64,000 bases of DNA from an uncultured virus (IMG/VR IMGVR_UViG_3300032030_000023) (taxonomy: Duplodnaviria; Heunggongvirae; Uroviricota; Caudoviricetes): IMG/VR virus record IMGVR_UViG_3300032030_000023, positions 1 through 64,000 of that record; one strand, given 5' to 3'. A model generated the notes under the pieces. The model had not been told where the DNA came from. It was given only the letters and a program-made list of their open reading frames with translations, and did not search any database. The first letter of the stretch is position 1. Every line of letters begins with the position of its first letter. Both the position numbers and the translations under genes were made by a program. Of this stretch, positions 39,848 through 49,439 are shown piece after piece.

Positions 39848-39867
39848 GCTAAACGATGTAATAAAGT

Positions 39868-40102
39868 AAAGTATTTATTATGGCGGAAGTATAGACGCTA
39901 GATGGAGAGTAGAGAGAAGCTCGGGTGCCGGATTATTTGAGCTTCGAAGATGAACGATAAAACAGAGAATGCACGCGATGTGTGAACTCATCCATGGACT
40001 ATTCAGCTAATAGTGTTTTGCATTCCAAAACAAAGACTACTCGTTCTATGGGGTGATTTTTAACCAATAATTTTAAATCTGGCCATAGATAATAAATACT
40101 TT
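39868..40102 (+). ncRNA. candidate structured ncRNA with tRNA-like ends
   Basis: 13-bp perfect terminal stem plus tggc/gcca; several internal hairpins; TGGCGGAAgtaTAGACGC resembles a tRNA-Leu D-arm. Confidence 0.55.
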
Positions 40103-40139
40103 ATATTTCAGTTCTAATAATGTTGAGAAGGGTGATACG

Positions 40140-40562
40140 TTGAAAAGAATTGATAAAGGCATGAATGAAAAATACTACATCCATCTCGAACCACTTTCAT
40201 CTGATAGTTATATGTATGGTGTATTATCAATAGTCGATAATACTCCTTTTGATTATAGTGTCAGTGAACTTGTTGGTAAACGAGAAGAAGTTTTAGATAC
40301 AGTTGCTAAAAAGATAATAGCAACTAATAGTACATTATTAGATAGAAACATTTTTAATTTAAAATTTTCAGAACTAACTGATACAAAATATATGATTCAT
40401 CATATCCAAAAAGATGATTTCTATAAAGACTATAGAGTTAACATAACTCCAGCTGTATTTTTATCCGATATGAATAAAGTAAGTGCAATAAAAGTAATGG
40501 TTCAGAAAAATATCCTGAACCGAAGACTTTTTGAAAATTGGAAAAATAATCAGAAAGATTAA
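40140..40562 (+). CDS. hypothetical protein
   Basis: 140 aa, TTG start, GTTCTA motif upstream. Confidence 0.5.
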   Translation: MKRIDKGMNEKYYIHLEPLSSDSYMYGVLSIVDNTPFDYSVSELVGKREEVLDTVAKKIIATNSTLLDRNIFNLKFSELTDTKYMIHHIQKDDFYKDYRVNITPAVFLSDMNKVSAIKVMVQKNILNRRLFENWKNNQKD

Positions 40563-40777
40563 TATAAAGCGTTTGCTAACTTATTTAATCTATCAAGATC
40601 TGGTAATTCATCGTTTTTAACATAATATGCAACAATATAATCATTAACAGATTTAAGTACGCGCTCATTATAACGAGCTTTCTTAAGTTCTTCAGCTGCA
40701 GTTTCTTCTGCAGATTTTTCTTTAATATCTTCAATCTGTTCTTCTGTAATAGGTGTTGTTTCAATATTTTCAGTCAT
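40559..40777 (-). CDS. hypothetical protein
   Basis: 72 aa with gagg RBS. Confidence 0.55.
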   Translation of the reverse strand: MTENIETTPITEEQIEDIKEKSAEETAAEELKKARYNERVLKSVNDYIVAYYVKNDELPDLDRLNKLANALY

Positions 40778-40790
40778 TTAATATTTTCCT

Positions 40791-41141
40791 CTACTTAAAT
40801 TTAAATGCTAATGGATCAGAATCATAACGAATTCTATTCCATGTTATTATGTTTTTCACTTTATTTAAATCTGAAGTGCTTATCTTAAACCACTCTCCAA
40901 CAGAATCACTTTTAAAAGATTTTAGATCTCTATGTACAAGTTTTTCTATTTTTAAAAGATGATTTCTTTCGCATTCAAATTCTTCAGTGAATAATAATGT
41001 AAGTTTATTTTGATTTCCTGTTTGAAGTTGTTTTAATCTTCTTTTAGGATTTTTAGATATACCTACTTTAATATATCCCTTATCATTTGAGATAATATAC
41101 ATATATTGATAGTTTTTAATATCTTCATCTATAAACTTCAT
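40791..41141 (-). CDS. GIY-YIG / T5orf172-like nuclease domain protein
   Basis: YMYII..IKVGISKNPKRRLKQLQTGN...EK.VH...GEWF. Confidence 0.8.
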   Translation of the reverse strand: MKFIDEDIKNYQYMYIISNDKGYIKVGISKNPKRRLKQLQTGNQNKLTLLFTEEFECERNHLLKIEKLVHRDLKSFKSDSVGEWFKISTSDLNKVKNIITWNRIRYDSDPLAFKFK

Positions 41142-41188
41142 AGCAATAAGAACTATTTAGTTTATAGACTTTTAGAAAAAAAATATGA

Positions 41189-41536
41189 TTATATGGAAAC
41201 TTTTAAAAGAAATTTTAACTTATCTATATTTTTAATTGGAAGTGTAATATTTATTCTAAAGCCAGTATCGTTTGTTAAGCTTCCTCTACTAAATCCATAT
41301 ACGAAATTACGTGGATATTCTGTAATACTAATATCTTTTATAATACCATCTTCTATTAATTCATTAAGAAAATCCATATCATGAGATGTATATTGTTGTA
41401 CACAACAACTTTCTAATATATAAGTAATATCTGAATTATTTTTTGTGGAAAAGTATTCAGAGATTATATATTCTAGAATATTTTTAAAAAAGAACTTTTT
41501 TAATAAAATCTTTAACTCATCCAAATCAATCATCAT
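41189..41536 (-). CDS. small paralogue-family protein
   Basis: C-terminal IDKLKFLLKV. Confidence 0.5.
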   Translation of the reverse strand: MMIDLDELKILLKKFFFKNILEYIISEYFSTKNNSDITYILESCCVQQYTSHDMDFLNELIEDGIIKDISITEYPRNFVYGFSRGSLTNDTGFRINITLPIKNIDKLKFLLKVSI

Positions 41537-41937
41537 AAATCCTTAATTAAAGAATCAATATCAGTATTTAATTTTCCGTATAATCTTAAGTAAAATATTA
41601 TTAGATCTAAATTTGCATTATCTTGAAAAGATATATCAATATGTAGTATCTTTTTAGTTTTATCAATCCAAGTATATTTTGTTTCAATTAGAATATGATC
41701 TTCAAAATATTCATATATCTTTTTTAATTTTTTAATTAAGATATGTTGAACAGCTGGTACTCCAGTCCAAATTTTAGCATTTCCATTAATAGAATCTATT
41801 TGACTTTTAAAAATTTCATCATATCTAAAAAAGCGTGAACTAGGTTTTCTAAGAGCAGAATCTATATCATCTTTTGTTCCTAGTATATTTATAATAAAGC
41901 TTCTTAAAATTAAAATCTTTTTATCAGAATTTGTCAT
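41533..41937 (-). CDS. small paralogue-family protein
   Basis: C-terminal LDLIIFYLRLYG; ggagg RBS; TTTACA promoter upstream. Confidence 0.5.
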   Translation of the reverse strand: MTNSDKKILILRSFIINILGTKDDIDSALRKPSSRFFRYDEIFKSQIDSINGNAKIWTGVPAVQHILIKKLKKIYEYFEDHILIETKYTWIDKTKKILHIDISFQDNANLDLIIFYLRLYGKLNTDIDSLIKDL

Positions 41938-42053
41938 AAATCCTCCACAATTTTTATATATAATATAACATTAAATATCCTTTTGTAAAACCAATTTTCG
42001 GCTTTATTTTTAAAGTTCTATATAATAAATTCAAATCTTGAAAGAGAGTTATA

Positions 42054-42254
42054 ATGAAAGTATTAAAACAATTTGTAGATAGTAATTCGATACATAATTA
42101 TGTAATTTTTAAAATATCAGAATGTACAGAAAAAGCTTTAGAAGAAAAATGTAATCTTATATTAAAACAACAATCTTTAAATTGGAAACGATTAAGACTA
42201 GAATATTCAGAAAGTCTTAAAGTATTTACAATGATTTATTATTACGAAAAATAA
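42054..42254 (+). CDS. hypothetical protein
   Basis: 66 aa, GTTCTA motif upstream. Confidence 0.45.
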   Translation: MKVLKQFVDSNSIHNYVIFKISECTEKALEEKCNLILKQQSLNWKRLRLEYSESLKVFTMIYYYEK

Positions 42255-42278
42255 GGGACCTAATTAAAGATCCCTTAT
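42251..42278. terminator. bidirectional terminator between convergent genes
   Basis: ataaggga / tcccttat stem. Confidence 0.55.
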
Positions 42279-42302
42279 ATTTTTATTAAATGATATTACG
42301 AA

Positions 42303-42737
42303 TTAGAAATCGTAACGAATAGCTGCGTTAACAACAATCATTCCATCTTTGCGTTGGAAAGCTTTTGTCTTTGAATAACGAATAGCAACCGGTTCACTTA
42401 ATTCAACATCTTCATGTCCAGCAAAACCAGGAACTTTCATTTCACCAGCGATTTCTGCAATATCAGCATATGTCAAAGGATTTGCAGGTAATTCATCAGC
42501 ATTATGATTGTTATAAGACAATGTTACATAATGAGATTCAGCAGCACCAGAAGCAGAACCAGATTCTTCAGAAACTACTTCATAAACAGATGCACAGATT
42601 ACCATATAATTTTCTTTGTCTTCTACTTTTTTAATTTCGCCAGAAGCAATCAATTTACTCTTCATCATCGTTGTATTCCTTATATTTAAAACTACGCCTT
42701 GTGGAAAATAATTAAAGTGGCGCGTTACTTTAATCAT
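42303..42737 (-). CDS. hypothetical, possibly virion protein
   Basis: ORF with GTTCTA motif upstream. Confidence 0.5.
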   Translation of the reverse strand: MIKVTRHFNYFPQGVVLNIRNTTMMKSKLIASGEIKKVEDKENYMVICASVYEVVSEESGSASGAAESHYVTLSYNNHNADELPANPLTYADIAEIAGEMKVPGFAGHEDVELSEPVAIRYSKTKAFQRKDGMIVVNAAIRYDF

Positions 42738-42847
42738 AATTATAGAACATTAAAAAATTATATAAAATTGACATAATTAAATTACTGTTTTATTTGGTTA
42801 GTTCTACTATAATAACAGAATAGTTTTTTATTTAGGACGTATTAATC

Positions 42848-43450
42848 ATGTCAAGACTAAATACATTTTGTGGACGCTTTGTTTGGTGTATTCCTGCTTT
42901 AATTGTTGCTATTGGTATATTTTATTTTATTAATTTATTTGATAGAATTTATTCCAGAGATTTAAATAGACAGCTTGATGAGAAATATCAATTAGTAAAT
43001 CTTATAGAAGCTCTTCATAGTAACGAAAGCATGGCTAAAATTGTAGAAATAATGGATGGATTTCAGGATACGTATATTTATGTATTAGAAGTTGAAGATA
43101 GTAAAGTAATCGAAGATTTTCATACAGTAAATTGTCCGTATCGTTTTTCAAAACACCCATTTGAAATGGCTGAAATAAAAAACAAAATTAAGAAAAATAA
43201 GCGTGGATCTTTTGCAACTATTGTTAAAAATACTGGAAAAATATATTGGGAATACCGTTGGATCAATATTTCAGATAAAAACTATCTTCTATTAATGGGA
43301 ATTTCTAATTATCCCACGGATGTATTGGATAAAGAACTTCAAATTTCAATCGGAACACTTTTATTAATTACAGCTTTATTAAACTGGGTTCTTGTTGGAT
43401 ATGCTAAATACTTGAGAGCTGGTTGTTGTAAAATAAAAAGGAAAAAATAA
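42848..43450 (+). CDS. two-TM protein with periplasmic domain (possible lysis regulator)
   Basis: N- and C-terminal hydrophobic helices; directly upstream of the holin. Confidence 0.5.
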   Translation: MSRLNTFCGRFVWCIPALIVAIGIFYFINLFDRIYSRDLNRQLDEKYQLVNLIEALHSNESMAKIVEIMDGFQDTYIYVLEVEDSKVIEDFHTVNCPYRFSKHPFEMAEIKNKIKKNKRGSFATIVKNTGKIYWEYRWINISDKNYLLLMGISNYPTDVLDKELQISIGTLLLITALLNWVLVGYAKYLRAGCCKIKRKK

Positions 43451-43451
43451 C

Positions 43452-43769
43452 GTGAATACTCCAGAAAGTCATGAGCCAGAATACCTTACAATGTTTATGT
43501 GTTTTATTTTGGCATTGTTGGGTGGAACTGCTAGAGAACTATCTAAACAGGAAGAATGCTTCAACTGGAGGCGTTTCTTGTCAAATATCTTTGTCTCTGG
43601 TTTTTGCGGACTTTTAATTGGATTATTTGCAACCGATTTTGAACATAAAAACTGGTTAATGTTTCTTGCTGGTGTTAGTGGTACAGCTGGTGTAGCTTTC
43701 TTAGATTTCTGTTGGGAAGTTCTGAAATCTGTATTGACTAAAGTAGCTGAAAAAGTAGATACTAAATAA
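43452..43769 (+). CDS. holin
   Basis: 105 aa, about 3 TM helices; LALLGG.AR...FVSGFCG...AGVSGTAG pattern. Confidence 0.75.
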   Translation: MNTPESHEPEYLTMFMCFILALLGGTARELSKQEECFNWRRFLSNIFVSGFCGLLIGLFATDFEHKNWLMFLAGVSGTAGVAFLDFCWEVLKSVLTKVAEKVDTK

Positions 43770-43782
43770 AAAGGATCATACT

Positions 43783-44091
43783 ATGAAAAAAGGATATTGG
43801 ATTACTTTAAGTATATTTTTAATTCTCACAATCATATTTGGTTTTATGTGGTATATAAATGCCTCCGAGAAGAATAAAGCTCGTGAGGAGCTAAAAAATG
43901 CACAAATAACGATAGATAATCTTACAACTGATAAAGAAAAGTTAGTTACATATATTACAGAAAGAGATAATGAAATTAAAAGATTACAATCTGAATATAA
44001 AGAAAAATTAAAAAATATTCCTAAAGATACTTGTGGAGATCAGAAACCGTCTAAAGAACTTTTAGAATTTTTTAGGAAGAATGTACAATGA
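43783..44091 (+). CDS. i-spanin (Rz-like)
   Basis: N-terminal TM, coiled coil, C-terminal Cys; follows the holin. Confidence 0.65.
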   Translation: MKKGYWITLSIFLILTIIFGFMWYINASEKNKAREELKNAQITIDNLTTDKEKLVTYITERDNEIKRLQSEYKEKLKNIPKDTCGDQKPSKELLEFFRKNVQ

Positions 44092-44309
44092 AATATATAC
44101 TTACTTTAATATTAGTTTTAATACTTTGTTCTTGTTCTGTTTGTAAAAATAACGTTATACAAACAAATCAATTCATCCAAACTAATTACGATTTTAATTG
44201 TCTTGATGATAATAAAACTCTTTCTGAAATAATTTTATGTTATCAAGAACAAGATAAAGCTGAAAAATTACAAAATAATATTACCAATAAGCTTTTAAAA
44301 ACAAAATAG
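44088..44309 (+). CDS. o-spanin (Rz1-like lipoprotein)
   Basis: signal peptide with LCSC lipobox; ATGA overlap with the i-spanin. Confidence 0.6.
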   Translation: MKYILTLILVLILCSCSVCKNNVIQTNQFIQTNYDFNCLDDNKTLSEIILCYQEQDKAEKLQNNITNKLLKTK

Positions 44310-44368
44310 AATTTTCGACTTTACAATTACCTTCAAATATTATACATTATAATTATAGGAGGTAAATA

Positions 44369-44644
44369 ATGTCTGATTTATTAGATTCTTTAAAACAATC
44401 TATATCTTGCTATTTTGGTAGGACTGTATTTGTAACAACTACAGACGATAATTGTATTTTAATAGCAATTCCTTTACATATCCCTAAGATAGAGTTCGTT
44501 TTTTCAGAAATATTAAGAAATTGTAATATTCCATTAGTTAGATATTCTCATAAAGGTGGTTTTCATTTTTATAAAATCTCTAATGAATATCAAAATGAAT
44601 TAGCTAGATTACCATTTTTTCTAAAGGTTTATAAAAATGTATGA
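44369..44644 (+). CDS. small paralogue-family protein
   Basis: ILRNCNIP...YKIS..LARLPFFLKVY. Confidence 0.55.
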   Translation: MSDLLDSLKQSISCYFGRTVFVTTTDDNCILIAIPLHIPKIEFVFSEILRNCNIPLVRYSHKGGFHFYKISNEYQNELARLPFFLKVYKNV

Positions 44645-45020
44645 TCCAGAATTTGCGCAACTATGTAACAAAACATTAAATTCGTATTATTCTTGCAATA
44701 GTATACTTTTATTAGGTAGTTTGCCTAACACTCCTATGACAGATTATTATCAAATTTTATTTACAGCACCGTATCATGAGAACAATTGGAGATATTATCA
44801 TTTTAAAAAAGTATTAGATGATAATGATATTCCATATGATGAACCCTGTAATGTTAAACCAATAAAAAGTAAAAATGATAAGAATGAAGATGTTTGGGAA
44901 CAAAATGACTCTTATGTTATTGTTATTCATAATAAATATAAAACTAAATTAGAAAGGATATTTTTTCTATTTAAAATACAAGGTAAATGTAGTGTATTAC
45001 GAGAAAGTGATGAGTCTTAA
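44637..45020 (+). CDS. small paralogue-family protein
   Basis: VLDDNDIP...LERIFFLFKIQG. Confidence 0.55.
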   Translation: MYDPEFAQLCNKTLNSYYSCNSILLLGSLPNTPMTDYYQILFTAPYHENNWRYYHFKKVLDDNDIPYDEPCNVKPIKSKNDKNEDVWEQNDSYVIVIHNKYKTKLERIFFLFKIQGKCSVLRESDES

Positions 45021-45426
45021 TATGACAGATGAAGAATATAATAAAAGAAAACAAGAAAATTTCAAAAAGCATCATGACCAACGAGAAATGTATAAAAAGC
45101 AATTATTAGTATTATTGCAAATAAGTGGTTATGATGTTAATACTATTTATTCTCCAGTTCACCTTATTGAAGCATTAGATAATATTGGATTCGTAAAAAT
45201 AAAATCCACATATCATATGAATAAACAAAATAAAAGAGAATTTGAATTTCCATTACGATTTTCCATGAATAATTATGAATTTGAAATGGACGTTGATATT
45301 AAACTTAAAAAACCAAAAGCTAACTTTTCAATAAATGGTGAAAGACAATGGTTAGATATTTGGTATAAGAGACTTTATGAATGTCTTAAAGGTAATGAAA
45401 TTAAAACGGACTTAGAAGAATGGTAG
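45010..45426 (+). CDS. hypothetical protein
   Basis: ORF in operon. Confidence 0.5.
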   Translation: MSLNMTDEEYNKRKQENFKKHHDQREMYKKQLLVLLQISGYDVNTIYSPVHLIEALDNIGFVKIKSTYHMNKQNKREFEFPLRFSMNNYEFEMDVDIKLKKPKANFSINGERQWLDIWYKRLYECLKGNEIKTDLEEW

Positions 45427-45701
45427 ATTACAAACAAGCTTTGACACTCCATTGCAGAATTCAAGGGTATACTCGATTAAACTATAGAAAATGTCTAAAA
45501 GATATAGCACAAACATATCCACATTTAGCAACTTATAAAAGAATAGGAAAAGAACACTATATATTCACCTTTAAAGACCAAACTTTAACTATTTGGATTC
45601 ATTATATGCTAAGTGGACGTACTGATTTTAAATTAAACGATAAAGATATAACTCGCGAAGAAATGTATCAGTTTTTATACTCAGTACTACAAGAATTATA
45701 A
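45420..45701 (+). CDS. hypothetical protein, possibly related to 45010..45426
   Basis: YKQAL.LH.RIQGY versus YKKQLLVLLQISGY. Confidence 0.5.
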   Translation: MVDYKQALTLHCRIQGYTRLNYRKCLKDIAQTYPHLATYKRIGKEHYIFTFKDQTLTIWIHYMLSGRTDFKLNDKDITREEMYQFLYSVLQEL

Positions 45702-45725
45702 AAAGTATATACTCAGTTTCTACTT

Positions 45726-45986
45726 TCATGAATATATTTTTGTTAAGAGTTTAATTCTATCAAGATCTTTTTCTGTGAAGATAATTCGACTCCCGAAAGG
45801 TGAACAAGTACAAAACATCTGATCCTTTAATGTAAAACCCATACTCCATAATTCATTTATTATATCATCAAAAAACCTTACAGTAACAATTCCTAAATAA
45901 ATTCTACTATTATCGTTTATATAATATGATTGCTCATTAACAGTCATGAAATATGAGTTATTTAATAATTCAAAACTAATATTCAT
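45726..45986 (-). CDS. small paralogue-family protein
   Basis: LWSMGF...LDRIKLLTKIY. Confidence 0.55.
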   Translation of the reverse strand: MNISFELLNNSYFMTVNEQSYYINDNSRIYLGIVTVRFFDDIINELWSMGFTLKDQMFCTCSPFGSRIIFTEKDLDRIKLLTKIYS

Positions 45987-46311
45987 CTTTATAAACACCC
46001 TTTATCTTTAAATACATAATTAATCTATTATATTGCTTTTTATTAAGGTTATAAACTTCATAATTACTATGCATCATTTGTTTGAATGAAAACACCTTTG
46101 GTTTACTATCTTTATTTAATATACCTAATTGTACAAAATAATCAAATAACCTACTAAAATATGAATAACTTAAATATAATGTGGATTTTGTAAACTTAGC
46201 AATATATACACAATATGTAGACTCCTTAACAGAAAATCCTAAATTGATAAAATTCTTATTTTTCTCAAAATGACCCATTTTTATAATATCAAAAGTATCT
46301 GGAAAAGACAT
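45976..46311 (-). CDS. small paralogue-family protein
   Basis: FVQLGI...YNRLIMYLKIKG. Confidence 0.55.
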   Translation of the reverse strand: MSFPDTFDIIKMGHFEKNKNFINLGFSVKESTYCVYIAKFTKSTLYLSYSYFSRLFDYFVQLGILNKDSKPKVFSFKQMMHSNYEVYNLNKKQYNRLIMYLKIKGVYKDEY

Positions 46312-46325
46312 TAGTTTTACTCCTA

Positions 46326-46637
46326 TTAACTTGTCTTAACATCACCTGCAATCTTAGCATACATACATAATCTATTATAATCATCTTTAGTTAATTCTAT
46401 CCAGTATTTACCACTAATAGTATTAATTCCTAATTCTTCTAATTTAGCTTTCACAGCATTAACATCTGATGTATTGAATATCTGACATACATAACTATTA
46501 CCAAATCTCTGAGCAAAATAATATGTATCATCACAAATTGTCTTATCTACTGTGGCTTTGATTACTCTCATTAAAAGTGTTTCATCTTTACTATATCTAT
46601 TGATAAAAAATTCTATATCATAAGCATCTTTTTCCAT
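46326..46637 (-). CDS. small paralogue-family protein
   Basis: LEELGI...YWIEL..DDYNRLCMYAKIAG. Confidence 0.55.
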   Translation of the reverse strand: MEKDAYDIEFFINRYSKDETLLMRVIKATVDKTICDDTYYFAQRFGNSYVCQIFNTSDVNAVKAKLEELGINTISGKYWIELTKDDYNRLCMYAKIAGDVKTS

Positions 46638-46653
46638 CTTTATTTTCCTTTTA

Positions 46654-47133
46654 TTATATTGAATTCCATTTCATAGATTTTTTATCATATAACAACTCAT
46701 CCATTTTCTTTTTTATTTCGATAGGATCATCTATATTTCTAAATATTACTTTAGAAGCACCAATACCACTAAATATAATATCACCATAATCAAATATTCT
46801 ACCTAATACAGTTTGTCTTACTTCTATACCTTCTAATTTATCATTCTTTAATTCATCTGTATGTATAGATATTATCCCTTCTTTATAAACTACTCTTTTA
46901 TTAGTTATAATCCTTTCAGTCATAAATAAACTTAAAAATCCATAAACAGAATAACAAAGTAATAGAAACGTACCTAATATAAATAAACCACCTCTTTGAT
47001 TTATAGCTATATCAAAAGTTAAATATCCACAAACAAATGTCATAACCCACCAGTATAAGAAATTAATCCAATGTAATTCAACTTCATACTGAATCTTTTC
47101 TTGAATACCTAAACTTCGATCTATATATCTCAT
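46654..47133 (-). CDS. membrane-flanked bacterial PH-domain protein
   Basis: two TMs then ITNKRVVYKEGII...IEVRQTVLGRIFDYGDI. Confidence 0.8.
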   Translation of the reverse strand: MRYIDRSLGIQEKIQYEVELHWINFLYWWVMTFVCGYLTFDIAINQRGGLFILGTFLLLCYSVYGFLSLFMTERIITNKRVVYKEGIISIHTDELKNDKLEGIEVRQTVLGRIFDYGDIIFSGIGASKVIFRNIDDPIEIKKKMDELLYDKKSMKWNSI

Positions 47134-47510
47134 TTCTCTACTTCCTCATATTTGTATATCTCTAAAGGATTTGTATAATCTATGTTATATGTTGTTTTCA
47201 ATAATAAAAGCTTATCTCCATCTTGCTTACTTATTCTAATACTATAACTATCTCCATGCTCATGCTTTACTATAACTACATTCTGTAAATTCAAAATCTC
47301 AACTAATACACTCTTTGCTAGATTTACAATAAACTTTTGACGAACAAAATCACTGCTATAAAACAAATCTTCATCTCTAAGAGTTTTCTCAAATAATATA
47401 TAATAGTTTCCTAAATTGGTAAAACAAATCTGTAAACCAAAACGGTTATATGTACATACTAAACTTATACTTTCAATACAATATGTTCTTAACAAATCAT
47501 CTAAAGTCAT
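47130..47510 (-). CDS. small paralogue-family protein
   Basis: YSIRISKQDGDKLLLLK. Confidence 0.55.
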   Translation of the reverse strand: MTLDDLLRTYCIESISLVCTYNRFGLQICFTNLGNYYILFEKTLRDEDLFYSSDFVRQKFIVNLAKSVLVEILNLQNVVIVKHEHGDSYSIRISKQDGDKLLLLKTTYNIDYTNPLEIYKYEEVEK

Positions 47511-47845
47511 ACTAAATCATCCTCTATCTTAATATATTCATACATCTTCAATAATAAGACTAATTTATTATAGTTATCTTCATCTAATTTTAATCCTGAG
47601 CCAACCCTAAATTGATCTATAATTACATGTACACCATATTTCAATAAAGTTGCATATACATTAAAATAAAGTTCTTCTTTACTAATTATCTTTTCTTCTG
47701 GTATTTGATTCGTAATAAATACACAAATATAATAATATTTACCAGTACGCGGTAAAAACTCACTATTCGTATTAAGTGCTAATTTCCAATAAAAATCGGT
47801 ACGATTATAATACAGTTCAATATTTGCTACTTTTTTATTACTCAT
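47507..47845 (-). CDS. small paralogue-family protein
   Basis: LLKYGV...DNYNKLVLLLKMY. Confidence 0.55.
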   Translation of the reverse strand: MSNKKVANIELYYNRTDFYWKLALNTNSEFLPRTGKYYYICVFITNQIPEEKIISKEELYFNVYATLLKYGVHVIIDQFRVGSGLKLDEDNYNKLVLLLKMYEYIKIEDDLV

Positions 47846-48219
47846 ATTAGTTTTCCATCATACGTCTTTACTAAAAATATTAACTTCTCATACATTTCTC
47901 TAGTCATAATAATATATAATCCATTATATTGTGCATCTAAATCATATTTCTTAAATATATCAATAAAGGCCATAGCTATTTCTATATTCATACAATCACT
48001 TTGAACATATTGCTGTCCTAAAAAATCTGTATAAAGATGTGACCTAATTATAGACATATCTCTCAAACCAGTAAATGTACCATGACCTGTTGATAACGGT
48101 TGTGAATAGTTAATGCAAAGTACAATTCCATAAGTAGATCTATATTCAACACTATAACTAACACTTGCGTCTGTATTTTCCTTAAATATTTCACTTATTA
48201 TCATAATACATACTTCCAT
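47842..48219 (-). CDS. small paralogue-family protein
   Basis: FKKYDL...YEKLIFLVKTY. Confidence 0.55.
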   Translation of the reverse strand: MEVCIMIISEIFKENTDASVSYSVEYRSTYGIVLCINYSQPLSTGHGTFTGLRDMSIIRSHLYTDFLGQQYVQSDCMNIEIAMAFIDIFKKYDLDAQYNGLYIIMTREMYEKLIFLVKTYDGKLI

Positions 48220-48505
48220 TATTTAACTTTAATAGAAACTTTAACTTATCTAACTCACTCTGCTCTATATATAATGCATTAATATGCGCATTACTATCAT
48301 ATGGCATAATAACACTCTTTATATTTATCTTACGTAGAATATCTTTAAAATACTCATTCAGACTATTATTATTCTTACTATCAAATACAAAAGCACAAAC
48401 ACAATAATACTTAGAATATACTACGTTATATGTACGTATAATAACATGGTCAACTTCAGTCCTAATAACTATCTCATCATCATTATTATAATGTATATAT
48501 ATCAT
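48191..48505 (-). CDS. small paralogue-family protein
   Basis: ILRKINI...LYIEQSELDKLKFLLKL. Confidence 0.55.
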   Translation of the reverse strand: MIYIHYNNDDEIVIRTEVDHVIIRTYNVVYSKYYCVCAFVFDSKNNNSLNEYFKDILRKINIKSVIMPYDSNAHINALYIEQSELDKLKFLLKLNNGSMYYDNK

Positions 48506-48506
48506 A

Positions 48507-48935
48507 TCACACTCTCTCCACTAACTTTATTTCTTTACTATCAACTGAAATATCAAAATTATTATCATATAACTTTAATAAAAACAATAAATTATTATAC
48601 ATACTCTTTTTAATCCATAACGTCTTATATAATCCAAAAAACTTCTTTCTTATTTCTATACTAATACCAATACTACTTAATATACTAATTAACTCATTTA
48701 AATGTCTCTTACTCATTGCTTTCCTATTTGCAAAAATCCTATAACAATCATCTATACATTCACACATCTCATATTCATCAATAATATATAAACAGTTACA
48801 ATACTTCACACCATCTAAACTATGCTTTCCCACTAAACTATATTTGTCTTCCCATTCATAAAATTCAAACTCATAATATATATCACGTCTATCACTAAAA
48901 TAATCACGTAGTCCTATTTCTATTCGTCTAATCAT
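48507..48935 (-). CDS. small paralogue-family protein
   Basis: ILSSIGI...LWIKKSMYNNLLFLLKLY; start placed at MIRRIE after aagggg. Confidence 0.55.
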   Translation of the reverse strand: MIRRIEIGLRDYFSDRRDIYYEFEFYEWEDKYSLVGKHSLDGVKYCNCLYIIDEYEMCECIDDCYRIFANRKAMSKRHLNELISILSSIGISIEIRKKFFGLYKTLWIKKSMYNNLLFLLKLYDNNFDISVDSKEIKLVERV

Positions 48936-49271
48936 TATATTCCCCTTATATATAAAATATAACCATATATAAGAAAAAAGTAAAACCAAAAATCATAACT
49001 CCTCACTCTCTATATCCATCAATTCATCTGCTCCTAGACATAAAAAAAGAAAATATATACAGAACATATACAAAAAGAGTATGCTATCAGATAAAAAACG
49101 ATAGCAAGAACAAAAATACAAGAAAACCTGTATATAAGGACAAACAAAAGAAATAGGAGTACAGACTAAATACAGACAGAATACAAGAACAGTGAGACAA
49201 CAGAACACAGAGACATAGGCATAACCACACAAAACTAACCATCAGAAAACAGACAAGGGCCTATAACGAAC

Positions 49272-49374
49272 ACACCAGAAAACAGAAAACGCCGAGACAC
49301 CTACTGAATACTCAAGGATATGATAACACTTACGAAACTGTGAAAAACACCAGAAAACAGAAAACACCTACTGA
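49272..49374 (+). repeat. direct repeats
   Basis: acaccagaaaacagaaaac at 49272 and 49347; acacctactga at 49297 and 49364. Confidence 0.8.
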
Positions 49375-49439
49375 GTTGGAATTAGACAAAAAACTGCCTA
49401 TACGTAAAGGCCCCTGTCTGCCGTCCGCCGGCTCCGGTA

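Noticed and set aside
39868..40102. Canonical tRNA or tmRNA
   Set aside because: No clear anticodon arm, no TTCRA T-loop, no tmRNA-type ends or tag frame recognised; kept only as an ncRNA candidate.
48993..49232. 79-aa minus-strand ORF (and the 5' extension 54630-54770)
   Set aside because: Low-complexity C/V/L/F/Y translation of skewed non-coding DNA with no RBS.
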